DNA from: Paraspadella gotoi
Lineage: Eukaryota > Animalia > Chaetognatha
Length of the DNA stretch: 64,000 nt
NCBI GenBank assembly: GCA_051294375.1
Contig: CM119263.1
Span: 24,161,657 to 24,225,656, forward strand
Direction of reading: 5' to 3'
A program made the position numbers and the translations under genes. The notes under the pieces were generated by a model. That model saw only the letters and a list, made by a program, of their open reading frames with translations, had not been told where the DNA came from and searched no databases. The stretch's first letter is position 1, and every line of letters begins with the position of its first letter. Positions 1 to 13,182 of this stretch are shown here, piece by piece.

Positions 1-2630
1 GCAGCAAAGAAACATCGTCAACAGCGAAAGCGTCATCGAAAATCAAATCAGGAACAACGACATCAACAATAACTACAACAACAACAACAACAACGCCGAA
101 TTCGAAACAGAAAGACGTTCGTAGGAACAAACAAGGAACGAACATCAACAGCAACAACTACAACAACAACAACAACTTCGCCAAAGAGCATCAACGATAT
201 CTCGGGGAAAAATCAAAGAAACACAGACGACTCAACAACAACAACAACTACGATTACAGCAGCATTAGCAGCAGCAGCAACAACTACAACGACTCGCTTC
301 TTCATCGCCTTCGAAAACGGAAGAAGCACCATCGCGTTGTGGCCCCTCAAACAGTTGAAGCTGACCCCCATAACTTTCCGCAGCCAGGACAGCGACATTC
401 GCAACGTCAGCAGCGACAGCAGCTGCAGGAAAATAAAAAGAAAAACAATAAAAAGAAACGAAGAAAAACTCAGCGAGAACCGCTCGAGAAACAAGAGCAA
501 CAAACCAAACAAAAACAAAAGCATCATCAACAGCGTAAACTCGGCAACGCCATCGCGCGGCGCCACCAATCCGCGCCGGGGTTCACTTCCGGCGCCAAAT
601 CTGGTTCCATAGAGGCGCCGTTGCCTCGCTGGCAGCGACGCCGCCTCAAAGACGCAAAAGACTCGACTCTCGGATCAAATTCTCACGCAGCGACGCAGAG
701 AGGCGCCAGTTTAAAATCATCATCATCATTGTCATCGTCATCATCATCATCATCTCCCTCCCCGTCATCCTTTTCGTTTTCTCCCCCCTCATCGTCGTCT
801 TCATTTCGTTCACGTTCATCGTCGACGTCGTCGTCGTCGGCGGCGCGCTCCTCATCCTCCTCATCCTCATCCTCGATCCACCAACTCGTCGGCGCCGGCC
901 GACGAGCTTCGCGTCAAAACTTCCGCGCGGCCACGTTCGCATCTGCCGCCGACGAAGACGACGACAACGACGACGACAACGACGCCCGAAACACGCCCCC
1001 AACGCATTCTGGAGACGGGTTCTATGGCGGACCCCGAACGGCGGAAAGAGAAACACAAGATTTGGATCCAGACTCGAATCAGCGACGACGAACGATCGCG
1101 ACGGCGACGACGACGACGAGGGCGACGAAGGCGTGGCCCTCGACGTCGGCGGCGTCGTCGTCGTCCTCCGTTTCGCCATCTTCCTTCTCCTCGTCGTCCT
1201 TATCATCATCATCATCATCATCACCGTCGAGGCGACGCGACTTCCGCGTCGCCGAGACGAAGATCCCTCTCGCGACGACCGACCGACGCCGGAAGAGGCC
1301 TCGAGACCGACGCCCGGCGGCGGCGATGACGGCGGCGGCGGATTCCTCGCCGCCTTCGTCGCGACGCCGCGCCAACGAGGCGGAGTCGGCGCCAAACTTT
1401 GACGTCACCAACGGCGCCGGCGACGCCAGGACGCCGGTCGACGGGCGCTCCCTTGGAGGCTGGGCGCCCGCGAGGCCTATCACGCCATCTCCGGCCGAAA
1501 AAGGGATCAAAATCGAACGCAACGACGACAGAAAAGACGACGACGACGACGACCAACTGCATCCGTCGGGAGAAAGGCGAAACGAGACGACGACGACGAC
1601 TCGTCGCGACGACGGCGACAACGACGACGACGACGACGTGGACTTTCTGCTTCCTCCGGAGGCAGAGAAATATTACGTCTATTACGAATACGGGGAAAAT
1701 CTCGATCCAAGTAAGTGTTTGTAGCTCCAGGGTTTAATGACGGTCTTAATTCGTTTGTTATCGGTATAGTACTTCTTTTTATAAGTTAAAGATAACTCGA
1801 CTCAACCGATCTCGATTACGATAAAGAGTTAAAAGATTCTCCTGATTAGGTTTTCTTCCCTAAAAATAACATTATGATGTAAGTTTGTTTAAATAAAAAA
1901 TCACAGTCTGTCGTAAGTGTCAAATAGAAAAAAAAACATCACATTCTTCGTATCCGCAACGTTTAATGTTAGTTTTTTTTCATATAGTTTTGTGCGTTAT
2001 CGTTCGGATGTGTGTAATGTTTTAAAACATTCACAAGCTTTTTTTTTTTCATGTTGGCTTCCCCGGGTCGAAAGAGAGAGAGGCTTTCCCTTCACGTTCC
2101 CTTCACGGCCTCACGTTTCTCCCTTTTCAGCTCCCCACGGCGTGAACATCGCCATCGTGGGAGGCCTCATAGCCGGCCTCATCGCTTTTTTCTTGTGTTG
2201 CACGTGCGTTTGCGCCACCTGCTTTTATTGCGGGAAAAACACGGCCCAGGGCACGGGCCTAAGCACGGAGGAGGTGCAGAAGTGGCACACGCAGATGCGC
2301 ATCATCGAGCCGTACTGCTCCACGCGCGAGCCGGAGCTCGATACCATATGGGTGCTGCAGGAGAACGGAACGGGGCCCGACGGGGCCCGCAGCCCCAACG
2401 GCTCCAGCGGGGGCGGCGGCGGCAGGCTTTCGCCGAACCCTTCGCCAGGAAGAAGGTCTTCCCATGAGGACGGCGCCGGCATGGGCGGCGGCATCGGAGG
2501 CGGGATGGGACATGGGCATGGTGACGACGGTGGAATGGGAGGTGGAGGTGGACGACACGGTGGAGGTCAGAACAACAAGAACAAAAAACCTGGACAGAAG
2601 AAGTCGGGATCTAAAGGTTCAAAGAAGTAA
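1..2630 (+). CDS. Single-pass membrane protein, paralogue/cassette 1 (5' partial): long Ser/Thr/Asn/Arg/Asp low-complexity N-terminal region, TM, Cys cluster, RIIEPYCS motif and Gly/Lys-rich tail
   Basis: The frame is open from position 3 through ORF 339-1724. Donor CCAA|GTAAGT after 1710 (phase 1) and acceptor CCCTTTTCAG|CT at 2130/2131 (phase 1) join in frame to PHGVNIAIVGGLIAGLIAFFLCCTCVCATCFYCGK...WHTQMRIIEPYCSTREPELDTI...GSKK* (stop 2630). AATAAA at 3125. Confidence 0.8.
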
Positions 2631-4769
2631 CACACACACACAAAAGAGAACAAATTCAGATTACGGAGAACAAAACAAAATAACGAAATTCAATCACACA
2701 CACAGATTTTCCTTTTTTTTTTTTACTATTCTTTAATCGAATGAAACGATATTCAGAAACCGTAATTCACTGCTCCCATCCAGTCAGTAAAACCAAAATT
2801 TATTGACATTGAAAAAGAAAAATACTTTTCTCACCGGTAGAAAAGATGATGTTTCCGTAGTCATCGTTAATTGTAGTTACAAATCACTCTTCCTAGATTT
2901 TACCAAAAAAAAAAAGAACAGAAACCCATTACTAACTCCAAGCTACCAAAAAAAAAACCTAAAAAATAAACAAAAAAAAACCAGAACCAATTAGTAGTCA
3001 CCGAACCAAATGTTAGAGTAGATAAGAGAAAGAAGAAAAACAAACCATTCCATTAACTTCCCCATCCGTTCATCAGTCTTAGTCTTATTAGTCACACGGC
3101 ATTTATATCTCAATATACCCTCTCAATAAAATGATTCCCTTTCTCTCTCTTTCTATCTCTTCGTCTCTTCATCTCTCTCACTCTCTCTCTCTCCATCGCT
3201 CTCTCGCTCTCTATCTCGCGACCTCGTCTTATTTAGTGAACCCCAGTAGTAGTTCGACCAGTGAATTTCCCCAGCGTCTCTAAATATCTTTGTATCCGTG
3301 TTATCATCGTCGTCAAAAATTAAAAAAAAACAAAATTTTTTTTAAAAAAAATCTCCCAAAAAACTAAAAAGATTTACGGAAAAAAAACGTAAAAAGACTC
3401 CCGTAAACTCAACTCATTTCTTTATTAATCAATGATTAATAATCATCATTGATCAAAGAACCGCGCACTTTGACCGCTTCGGTTATCGAAACGACGGCGC
3501 CGTAAAGCCGTCACACTGAACGCCGAGCGATGCTTTCAAAAAAAAAAAAAAAACTTGTAAAAAAAAAACCAAACAATTGTTACCGCTATCTGCATTCGTG
3601 TGCGATCGTGAATCCAATAGTTTTTTGGTAGTAGATAATTAATTTCGTGGTGAACCTTGTTTTCTCCTTACGTTAAAAAACACCAAAAAAAGTAGACGCA
3701 ATTTAAAGTGACGCAACGTCGCCGATGTATCCGACAATCGTGTCAGACGCGCATGCCGTATCGCGCACACTCAAAGCCGCGCCTCGTCGCGCGCGCTTTA
3801 CGTGTAAACACCGCGTGCTCTCGTTGAGCTACAACACAGCGAGAACATTTATATATATTAAATTTTTAAAAAGCTATGACGTCATCTTCTGTTACTAGAT
3901 TCTCGACTTTGGTTTTTGTTCGAAAAACTCCTCCAAACAAAAAAATATTGTGTTCTAAACAAAATACTTTATGTTTCGACAAAAAAAAAAGAATAATATT
4001 ATATTGAGCGAATGCGTTTCAGAAAGCCGAAATCGCATATATTTTATTTTGTCGCGTTATTTCTTCTCATTTCCAACTAACACTATTAAGTATAATTAAC
4101 GTTATTCCGTCTTATTGACCGACTAAAACCAAAAACAAACTAAAAAAAAACAGATATTTGCGAAGCCTCCACCCTTTAATTCACCTCGTAGTTGTTTTGA
4201 TAAAAAAAAGATAAAATAAGAAGTTTCATATGTACACTTCTATTTTCGCACAAGTTTTCTTTCTCTCTATCTCTGTCTCCGTTTTACAAAAAAAAAAAAA
4301 AGATGCCGAAGAAGAAAAAACGAATGAATCAGTTGTTCATGAATAATTAAGTCCTTCTTTCTGAGCGTCCAGGGGGCGTGCTGAGCCTGTAAAAGGGTCG
4401 TTCCCTGCGGGCCCGAGTCTACGGGTTACGATTTCTTTTTCTTTTCCTTATACTAAGGGGCCATCGCGGGCATTCATTAAAAGGGAGGGCCCCCGAAGAG
4501 GAGCCCTGAAGGAACGAGTCCCCGACCAGATGCTCTTTCGTTTTATTTTTACTCAACGCAGCGAATATCTCGCAGCGCCGCCGTTTGATTTCCGAGGGAG
4601 AACCTAAGAATAATTTTTTTAAAAAAAACAAAAGACAAAAAGATAACGAAAACAATCAGGTTTTTTTTTTACCCACTGGTTTGTTCCCTCGAGTTACGAC
4701 GTTAACAAACGAAGTCTCGACGGTCTTGTCAGTTTTCGGGTTTTTTCCAGGGAAATCCCTTTTGTCTTT

Positions 4770-4885
4770 TTATCCCGGTTATCAAATTTATTTTCGTCAT
4801 TCTATCCGGTTAACAAAGTTTTGTTCTGTCATTCTATCCGGTTAACAAAGTTTTGTTCTGTCATTCTATCCGGTTATCAAGTTTT
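4770..4885. repeat. 32-bp minisatellite, about 3.5 copies
   Basis: Unit TCATTCTATCCGGTTAACAAAGTTTTGTTCTG: two exact copies from 4797, plus partial or degenerate flanking copies. Confidence 0.85.
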
Positions 4886-6368
4886 TTTTCGTATCTTCGT
4901 TCCTCGTATTGACACACGAAAGGCGTTGTTCTCTCAGTTATTAACAATCGTTACGGAAATATAATCCCAAAAAAAAATGGAGGAACTTTTTTCGTCGTTC
5001 GTTATTATTACATTAATAATATACCATTATTAATATTACTGTAAATTTTTTTTGCGAAAGACATTTTTGTTTCCAATCGATCAATACCGAAAATATTTTT
5101 TTTTTTTGCATGTTTCTTTTCTCAATCCTTCTCGCAAAACGATTTTCGTTCCCTTTCTCGTTTCTCCTTATTTGAATAAAAAGAATTGATTTAAATTTTT
5201 GTTCAAATTTTGGAATAATTTACATTCGCTTAAGAAAAATAAACAAAAAAAAATATTCATATGCACGCGTCGCTTTAAAAAAAATGCATGTTGCTGTCTT
5301 CTCGAAATAATCGGACAACAGTTACTATTCTACGTCATATAATCTGTATCAGTGGAATCTGTGCTTTTGGTGCATGATATCGACTCGAATTTAAAAAAAA
5401 AAAAAAAAAAGACAAACAAAACTTTTATTTGTCTACTAATTTCACGTATTTTACCCAACACTAGGACCCGTCTTCGTTTTTCCCAGTCTCTTTACCCGAA
5501 AAGGTGCTATTTTTCCCCCATTTTAGGCGGTTTTTGTCAAAAGGAAGATAATAAGCCTGTAAATATCGCTCTCAGTCAACATCGCTTTGAGTACATCTCT
5601 TAAGTCGGTGCTTTTTCTTTTTTCTTTCGTTCTCTTGCCAAGTCAATTTCTCTACACGTTTTACAGTTTGCATAGAAAAATAGCCAAAACTTTGTTTCTG
5701 TAACCAAGAACAATATTTTTATTATCGAGATTATATTTTTTACGTTTTTTCTCGACTGATTTTGCTCTTTATTCGTTATACAGTAAATAACGTAACAACA
5801 GTATGAAAATTAAAAAAAAAAACTCTTAGATTACCTCAGACATCCTCTCTTCGCCTTGTTTCTTTGTTGGTATTATGGAAAGGGCGTTTCGGCAAAAAAA
5901 CATCTTTAAAAATCTCAGAATTAAACCAAACAAAAATTAATCCGTATTTACATTACAAAAATGTTTTCTCTTCTCTTTTCCGGTTACATTTGGTTCCGCG
6001 CACATAGTATATACAGTACCTGTAAAATATTGTCACTTAATGTTGTTATTGTCATCCTGTTCACTGCATTTATGTGATAAATACTGGTTGAATCATTAAA
6101 ACAATACAGTGCAACAGTGTTCTCTTGAGTCGAGTAAACAATTCTTTGTGTATTCACTGAAAAAAAAATTACACTGAAAACAATCAAATAAGTTTAGAGA
6201 TGAACATTTAGTTCTAAAAAACAAAAACAATTTTCATAGCTAGAAAAATATGGAGAAAAAAAAAACAAATAGAAAATCGGAGAATCTTTTCCTCTTTTTC
6301 GGTACCGAGAAAAGTCCGAGATCGATTCACACTAACCGAAGCCGGTCCCGTATGTGATTAGCAATCCA

Positions 6369-7432
6369 ATGAAGTGGTGTCCTTCTCCGTATGTAATGAC
6401 TTTTTGCTCCGCAGCACACTAACATTTTTTTCTTCAAGCATCGAGGAGGATAAAAGGTGAGTCGTTCAGGCGGGATGGTCTCTTTTTTTTAATTCAGATT
6501 TTAGTCAACATCCGGGTCTTAACTTTCGGCGCTGTCGTCGACTTTCGCAAAGATTGGAAAAGAACCACATGCCATGTTTGTACGACAATGTCCGACATGT
6601 CACTTCGCCCACCCTCCCTGGCCCTTAATTTCCTTAATTTAAAAGCCGTAACCAAAGCCGACTATAAATCGTAGACCTTCCAAAGGCTGCTGAACCCGTA
6701 ATTTAGGATAATTTTTACTCCTTTATTACATTTTTCCTTTTTACGATCTGTATTGCCTCGCATTTTTTTTCGCGCCATAGACGACAGCGGTGACGTCATT
6801 GGCGCTAAACAAACATTAAAAAGCGGTTGTTTTTTGTTTTTTGTTTTTTTTTTTTTAATCTCAGTTTACCTCTGTTTTCCTTTGTTTTCATTTCTGTTTT
6901 TTCCTTTTCCCTTTTTTTCCAACTCGACGCTAAACCCCCCCCGTCCCGCTCTCCCCCCTCCTACTCCCTTCCCCCTCCTATCGCTTTACCCCTCCCCCCC
7001 ACCCACACTTCCACCTCTCCACCCTTTCCACAAATATAATCCACACCAAAAAAAAACAAAAAAAACAAATATTCGCGCCAACTCGAAAAAAAAAAAAAAA
7101 GGAAAGAGGTGGAGAGTTCGACGCTCAATTTCGGCGTTAATATGGCCATAGTCGGCGCCACCATCTTCGGCGTCATCGTGATTTTCCTGTGCTGCACCTG
7201 CATCGGCGCCTGCAGGTGCAAGAGTCCCGAGGAGGTGGAGGACACCATGAATTGGCCGCGAAACCAGAGGATCATCGAACCCTACTGTTCGATGCGAACT
7301 CCCGAGTTGGATAAGATCGAAGGGGAGAACGCTGAAGCGGAGGAGGGGGAAGTGGGCGAGGGAGGAGGAGGAGGAGGAGGAGGAGAAGAGGGGGGAGGAG
7401 AGGGAGACGGAGGGGCAGGGGAGACGAGTTGA
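6369..7432 (+). CDS. Single-pass membrane protein, paralogue/cassette 2 (TM, Cys cluster, RIIEPYCS motif, Glu/Gly-rich tail)
   Basis: Main exon about 7102/7107-7432: NFGVNMAIVGATIFGVIVIFLCCTCIGACRCKSPEEVEDTMNWPRNQRIIEPYCSMRTPELDKI, clearly homologous to cassette 1. Tentative 5' micro-exons 6369-6388 and 6439-6456 give MKWCPSPIEEDKR in consistent phase (lower confidence). Confidence 0.7.
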
Positions 7433-9842
7433 GAGAGGGAGAGGGAAAGAGGCGCCTCTTCGTGCCTCACTATTTTCTCTGTATTTATCATTCATATTTT
7501 ATATATTAGAGAGCATTATTTTTTATGTATATATATATATAAAGGATCACTTAACTTAATCGGTTTAACCGACATATTCTTTTCGTAATCAAATTTTCGA
7601 GATGTCCAACAAAACTTATCCAATCCGATCCAATTCAAACTCGGCGCCTTTTTTTTTTCATCCTCTCGTATCTTAATCGACAATCTCGAATCATAAAAAA
7701 AAAAAAGATTTATAACTTTCTATTTTAATAATTAACGAATTTGCTTCATAACATGGTTGTTCGATACTCTCACCGGCTGTCAGCTTTCAATGTCGTCTTT
7801 ATATTAACTTATTTTATTCGTAAATTCATAATATTACAAAATGTGGAGAAGCCGAGGGAAGGAGAAAGGGAAAAGAGAGAGGAGAAGGCGAAGGTGAGGT
7901 GGAGTTCGAGTGAGATCGAGTGAGATCGAGAGGGAGTGAGATTGAGAGGGAGTCAGAATGAGATGAGACTGGTTTCGCGTCGTCGGGCTTTCCTCGGGGG
8001 TCCAATTCAGATGACCAGCCGTCATCGTTCGTAGCGTTAGTATGTCAAACATTTCATCTGTGTCAATTTCACAACGATTCTTTGACTTTTTCACAATTGT
8101 CACTTTTTTCATAGTAAGATATGTTAGCTTGCTACGATATAATAATCGACCAACGCAAATTTTTTTTTTTTTTTTTTTTATTCCTACCAGCATCAAAAAT
8201 TGAAAGAAAAGGAATATAATGTTTCTTCGAAAATACAATTTTCAATTTGAGATGCTAATGTCAAAAGCGAGGGTGAAGTCTGTACGTAACAAAAGTGTCA
8301 GTTTGTTTGTTTGTTTGTTTGTTATCGTTTTGCACTCGACTTCATCTTCTCTTTTGGTGTCTTGCAATATCTCAATAATCATCCTATTTTTTTATGCTTT
8401 TAATTCGTTTGCTGCTAATTTAGTTTTTTATAACTGTTAAATTTTACATTTTTAAATATTTCAGACGTAAATTTTAGTAGTTATATCTTACTTCTTTTAA
8501 AAAATTCCGTAAACGTTTCATAAACTTTTTAAAACATAAATAATTATTTTTCGTAATTTCACAATTTTAGGCATGATTCGTCACTAAAATACAATGCAGT
8601 CATTTGAGCACAAATATTTTTTACCTACTTCTTAATCACGTTTAATTAAAATAAGAGAAAATAATAATGAGTTAGTCATTTGAGTTTTTCATCATCATAT
8701 TCACTTCCTTATTTTAAAGAAGAGGGACAAAAAAGTCAGTAATCACTAAAAGTATGACATGAGGGTCACAACTCACCTTTTTTAGAGCGAACGGGTTCTA
8801 CCTGCGTTGCCTATTTTTTTATTATTTTTTTTCTCCGCTTGTTTTTCTCATCTGGTTTATCAAATCTTTTATTTCACTACGCTGCTTCATTTATCCGCAA
8901 TTTTGTTCATGAAGGCTTGTAAGAATTGGTTAATTTATTTTCTTTTTAAAAGAAAAATCCGCAGGCTCATATCGTGAAGTAGAACCCGTTTAGAACATAT
9001 ACATCAATATATATCCAATTTATATATCTCATGACCATTATTTTTTGTAATTTCTTCTTTAATTTATCCGCGAATTTGTTCACCAAACTGCGAGTGATTT
9101 TGTTGTAAACGGGTTCAGCAGACCTGGTCGACGGAAAAAAAAAAGTATCCATGAATACCATGAAAAATACTTTTAAAAAAATTAACGATGGCATCAAAAA
9201 AAAATTTTCTAAAAGAGAACGTTCTTCCTCCATCGGAACACCAATTCTTACATGGCGTTCATATATAAATTCGTTTTTTTGTTTTTTTTTGTTTTTTTTT
9301 TAATCCGGGCAAATATACATATATTTTTATTTTGTATGTGTTCGTTTGAATACCCACATGGCTAGGGGCTTTTTAGTAAACGGCTATATCAGCATCAACC
9401 TCGCTCTCCCAACGAAATCAACATCCATAGGCCCCCTTCTTCCCCTTTTCCAATTTGGCTGCTTTGGAAAAAAAAAAACATTTTGGATATGAATCATCTT
9501 CAAGATTATATCAATACTTTATTTTTTTTGCTATAGCTAATCGGTTAACGTTTTTTTTATTGTCGCCAAAATTATAAAAGTAATCGGCGATTTCGAAATC
9601 AGAAATATCATTCGAAAATCATATGATCAACATTTTTTCTCTCTTTCTCCTTCCCCCCCCCTCACGCCCCGCAATCGTTTTACTCTTTCTCCCGCGATTC
9701 TTCTTATTTTTCCTCTTTCCCTATTTCCTCATACCGCCATCTTTCCACTCTTTTCCCGCCAATCCCCTCACCCCATCAACGATATTTCTCCCCCTACGCT
9801 CACACCCCTAAACTGCCCCCACGCCCCCAAATCGCAACCAAG

Positions 9843-12800
9843 ATGGAGAACAGAACAACGCCGGGGTCAACATAGTAAACGTGGGCGGGTTCATCATTTG
9901 CGTTATTGTCACTTTTCTTTTATGCACCTGCCTTTGTGCCTGTTGTAGGAAGAAGAGTCGAGAAGAGGTGAGCAAGGGAGAGACGGCCTTACCTTTTTTT
10001 TAAGTTTTCCTTCCTTCCTTTCCCTGAATCGCTTTCTCTCATTTTCATATTCTCTTTTCCTCTTTCGTTCTTTGCGTTTCCCAAGAGATCCCCTTTCCTT
10101 TTATACTCTTTCCCAACTCTTTTCAGCCTCCTTCCCTTTTTTTTTCTTTCCCTTTCCTTTTTCTACATACCTCCTTATCCCTTCTTCTCCCATTATGTTC
10201 CCACTGCCTTTGGTAAAGCGATAAAAGATGCTCAATTGATCGAGGAGTAAGGGCGCAAGGCGGCCGACGAAGGAATAGAGAAAGTGGAAAGTTATGGGAT
10301 GAGGAGTTGATCAAAAATAGGAAATATTGGTAGCTCAGAGATGCCTCGATTTAACATATTTGACCGCTAATTAGTACTCATAACGTTTTTGGATTTTTTT
10401 TTTCTTTTTTTCCTTTTTTTTTCTCTGTTCCTGCAATACTACGGATTTAACTCTTTTTTTTTTTAATAAATATTCTCATTTCCACATTTTTTACCATCAT
10501 TTACCGTTTTGACTCCGCGCCTCATCCGCCCATCCGTCCGACTACTTCTCCCCTTCCACCCACCACCCACCCACCCCACCACCAAGGTGGAAGACGCCAA
10601 AAATTGGACGAAGAACATGCGGATCATCGAGCCGTACTGCTCGATGCGGACGCCGGAGTTGGAGAAGATCGCGGGGATCGTAAAGAAGGGGGAGGGTGAC
10701 GAGAAAGAGGAGAAGGGGGAGAAGGAGGGAGACGAGGCACGGGGGGTGACGACAAGAAGGCGGGGGCGCCGGGGCCGGCGGCGGCGCTGCCGGCGGTGCC
10801 GCCGGCGTCGGGGCCGGCGGAGCCGGCGGAGTCGGCGCGAACGGCGGCGCCGGCGAAGGAGGTAACCAAGGGAACCAGACGCATCATGGCGCTAACCATC
10901 ATGGAAGTAACCATCATCATCATCATCATGGCAACCATCACGGACATCACGGAGGTAACTTCCTCTCACGAGAAAATGGCCGAAAAAAAAAAATGGGCGG
11001 TGTCTATCTTTTTTTTTTTTTTATGTGTTACTATTTTATTTTCCGCGAAAATATATTTGTATATAGCGAAGCGTATATCTAAACATTTTTTTTCTCTGTA
11101 ATAACTGCACTCGCGCATGACAATATTTTTTTTTAAAACTATAAATTATAATTTTTTTTAAAATATAAAGAAATTCAGCGACCGCCCGCCATGTGAGAGG
11201 AAGGATTTTGTTCAATTGTCAAAATGAAAACAAAAAAACGAAAATTAACTTTTTTTTATTTGTCTTAAAATCGTGAACGACCGAGAGGGAACGCTGGCTC
11301 TTTTCCTCGTTAAATCTCAGTTGAATGAAGAACAAATAAGTAAACAAACAAATATAAATAATAAAGAATTATTGACATAAGTGACCTTTAAAAAATATAA
11401 TCTAGTTTAATTTTAAAACCAAATATTAAATAATTACAAACCCCATTTATTAATGTGGCAGTTAATTAATTCAATATTATTCACACCTAAATTCGAAATA
11501 CATTAAGGGGAAAAATCGGCCGGATTAGAGCGAAGCCTATCGGTCGATGCACGAATTTTGTCACAAAATCGATAATCAATTTTAATCAACGAAGCATGCT
11601 TTTTTATAAAGAGTCACCGAAGAATGGCGGCTTCGTAATTAAGTGGGGTATCGCCTTACACGGGCCGAAGACCCTTGAAGCCGTTACCTGCATGGGACCG
11701 GAAAGATGAAGTGCCACAGAAGAGTAAAAAAAAACATTTTGAAGTTTAAAATTCCATTTGAAACGGGCTAGTTTCAAATTTTACTCAAAAAAATCACTCA
11801 GACGGTAAATCTTAAAATTGCAGGGAAACTAAGAATTGTGTGTTTGTCTTTTGGAAAAGAGACAACTGCATGGAAAACTATTCGACGCTTAAAAGCGTCT
11901 CAAAAAGAATTGCATTATGCAAAAATCGGATCGACGCAGAGTAGAAGAGAAAAGATGCCACATTTTGACTGCCCCTTCATCATCCCAAGAGCAGGAAATT
12001 TAAGGGGTCTTGAAGAGAAAAAAAAACAACTGAACCTGAGAAAATAATCCATTTTATTTCTTAAACTAGGCATTTCATTAAAGTCATTTTATAAAGTATA
12101 TGTATGTCTTTTAAATTCTTTTAAAGTTTTGTCTTACAGTTTTTGTAAATTCTAAATTTACGTGACATCAATAAACTTGCTCTTTTTTTTCTCCGGACTA
12201 AATTTTAAAAAACAATTTTTAGCCAAGATTTAGCAAAGATTTATATTTTAAGTTGACCATCATAAATCTCAGAAAGGAGGTGAGGGAAGTTGCTTTCTCA
12301 AGCTTCTCTGCGTCGGACTGTGCACAAATAGTAGACTTAGTTGATATGCATTTGGACAATAGTAGTTTATCTTTAATCGTTAAGGATGAAAGAATAACCT
12401 GAAAATATCGACAAAGAATAGTCTTATCCACAATGATTCTATACGAATACCCCGGCTCGATTTAGTTTTAGACAATTTTTGCTTCTTTTTGTATTAAGAC
12501 TATTTACAAAACACCGACGTTGTTTAAATCGCTCAAAAAAAATTTCAAAGGGATATTTTGAAAGCATGCATCTAAATAAATGAAACATTTCATTACGAAA
12601 ATTGAACAAAGAGCACCAATAATAACCCCCTTGCCGTCGCAAAGGTGGTCGCTGAATTTCTGACAACAAAATTTTAAAAATTTTTAAGCAAATAAAATAT
12701 AAAATAGCATAATTTAGATTACATAATTTTTTTTTTTGCATGTACACATAAAACCGATAAACGCATGAAATATGCACCAAAGAACAGTGCATCGAACGGC

Positions 12801-13133
12801 ATTTACTGCATTTACGGCATATACTGCATTTCCGTCCTATTATACTCCTTCGTTAGAAGTTCTCTTTCGTTAATCGTTACTAACAAGGCATGAAGTATTT
12901 ATCCTGTGTTCCTCCGCGCCCGGAGGCCGAGCAAAACGTCGACACAAAATCATCAACGACTCAAGATGGGGGGGGGAAAAAGTCATCTTTCTTTGTCCTT
13001 TATAACAGACTAATGTTATATAATCTTTGTAACCGTATTTATAAAACTTTTCGACCTTTTTATCCTCGTTTTCGATTCGCTAATCGAGAACGAGGCTGCC
13101 GTTCAGATTTGACTAATAAATTTCCTTTTATTT

Positions 13134-13182
<49 letters not shown>

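Noticed and set aside
213-1737. Many overlapping Arg-rich or Val/Ser-rich ORFs on both strands
   Set aside because: They are shadows of GAC/GTC/TCA triplet low-complexity coding sequence; only the 339-frame splices in phase to the TM exon.
2600-2630. C-terminal KK in cassettes 1 and 3 as an ER-retrieval signal
   Set aside because: The lysines are at -1/-2, not the -3/-4 or -3/-5 positions required for KKxx/KxKxx.
4365-4585. GC-rich island as a structured RNA such as telomerase RNA
   Set aside because: No template or recognisable fold; the CAGGGGGCG start and GGGCCC motifs fit a decayed hAT-like MITE better, though no matching second TIR is clear.
8785-9125. Short inverted and direct repeats (AACGGGTTCTAC; ATTTATCCGC)
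   Set aside because: Probably a decayed non-autonomous transposon; boundaries and TSD cannot be defined.
11625-11686. Three-way-junction-like fold closed by GGCGGCTTC/GAAGCCGTT
   Set aside because: No ribozyme or snRNA consensus, and the inner stems are weak.
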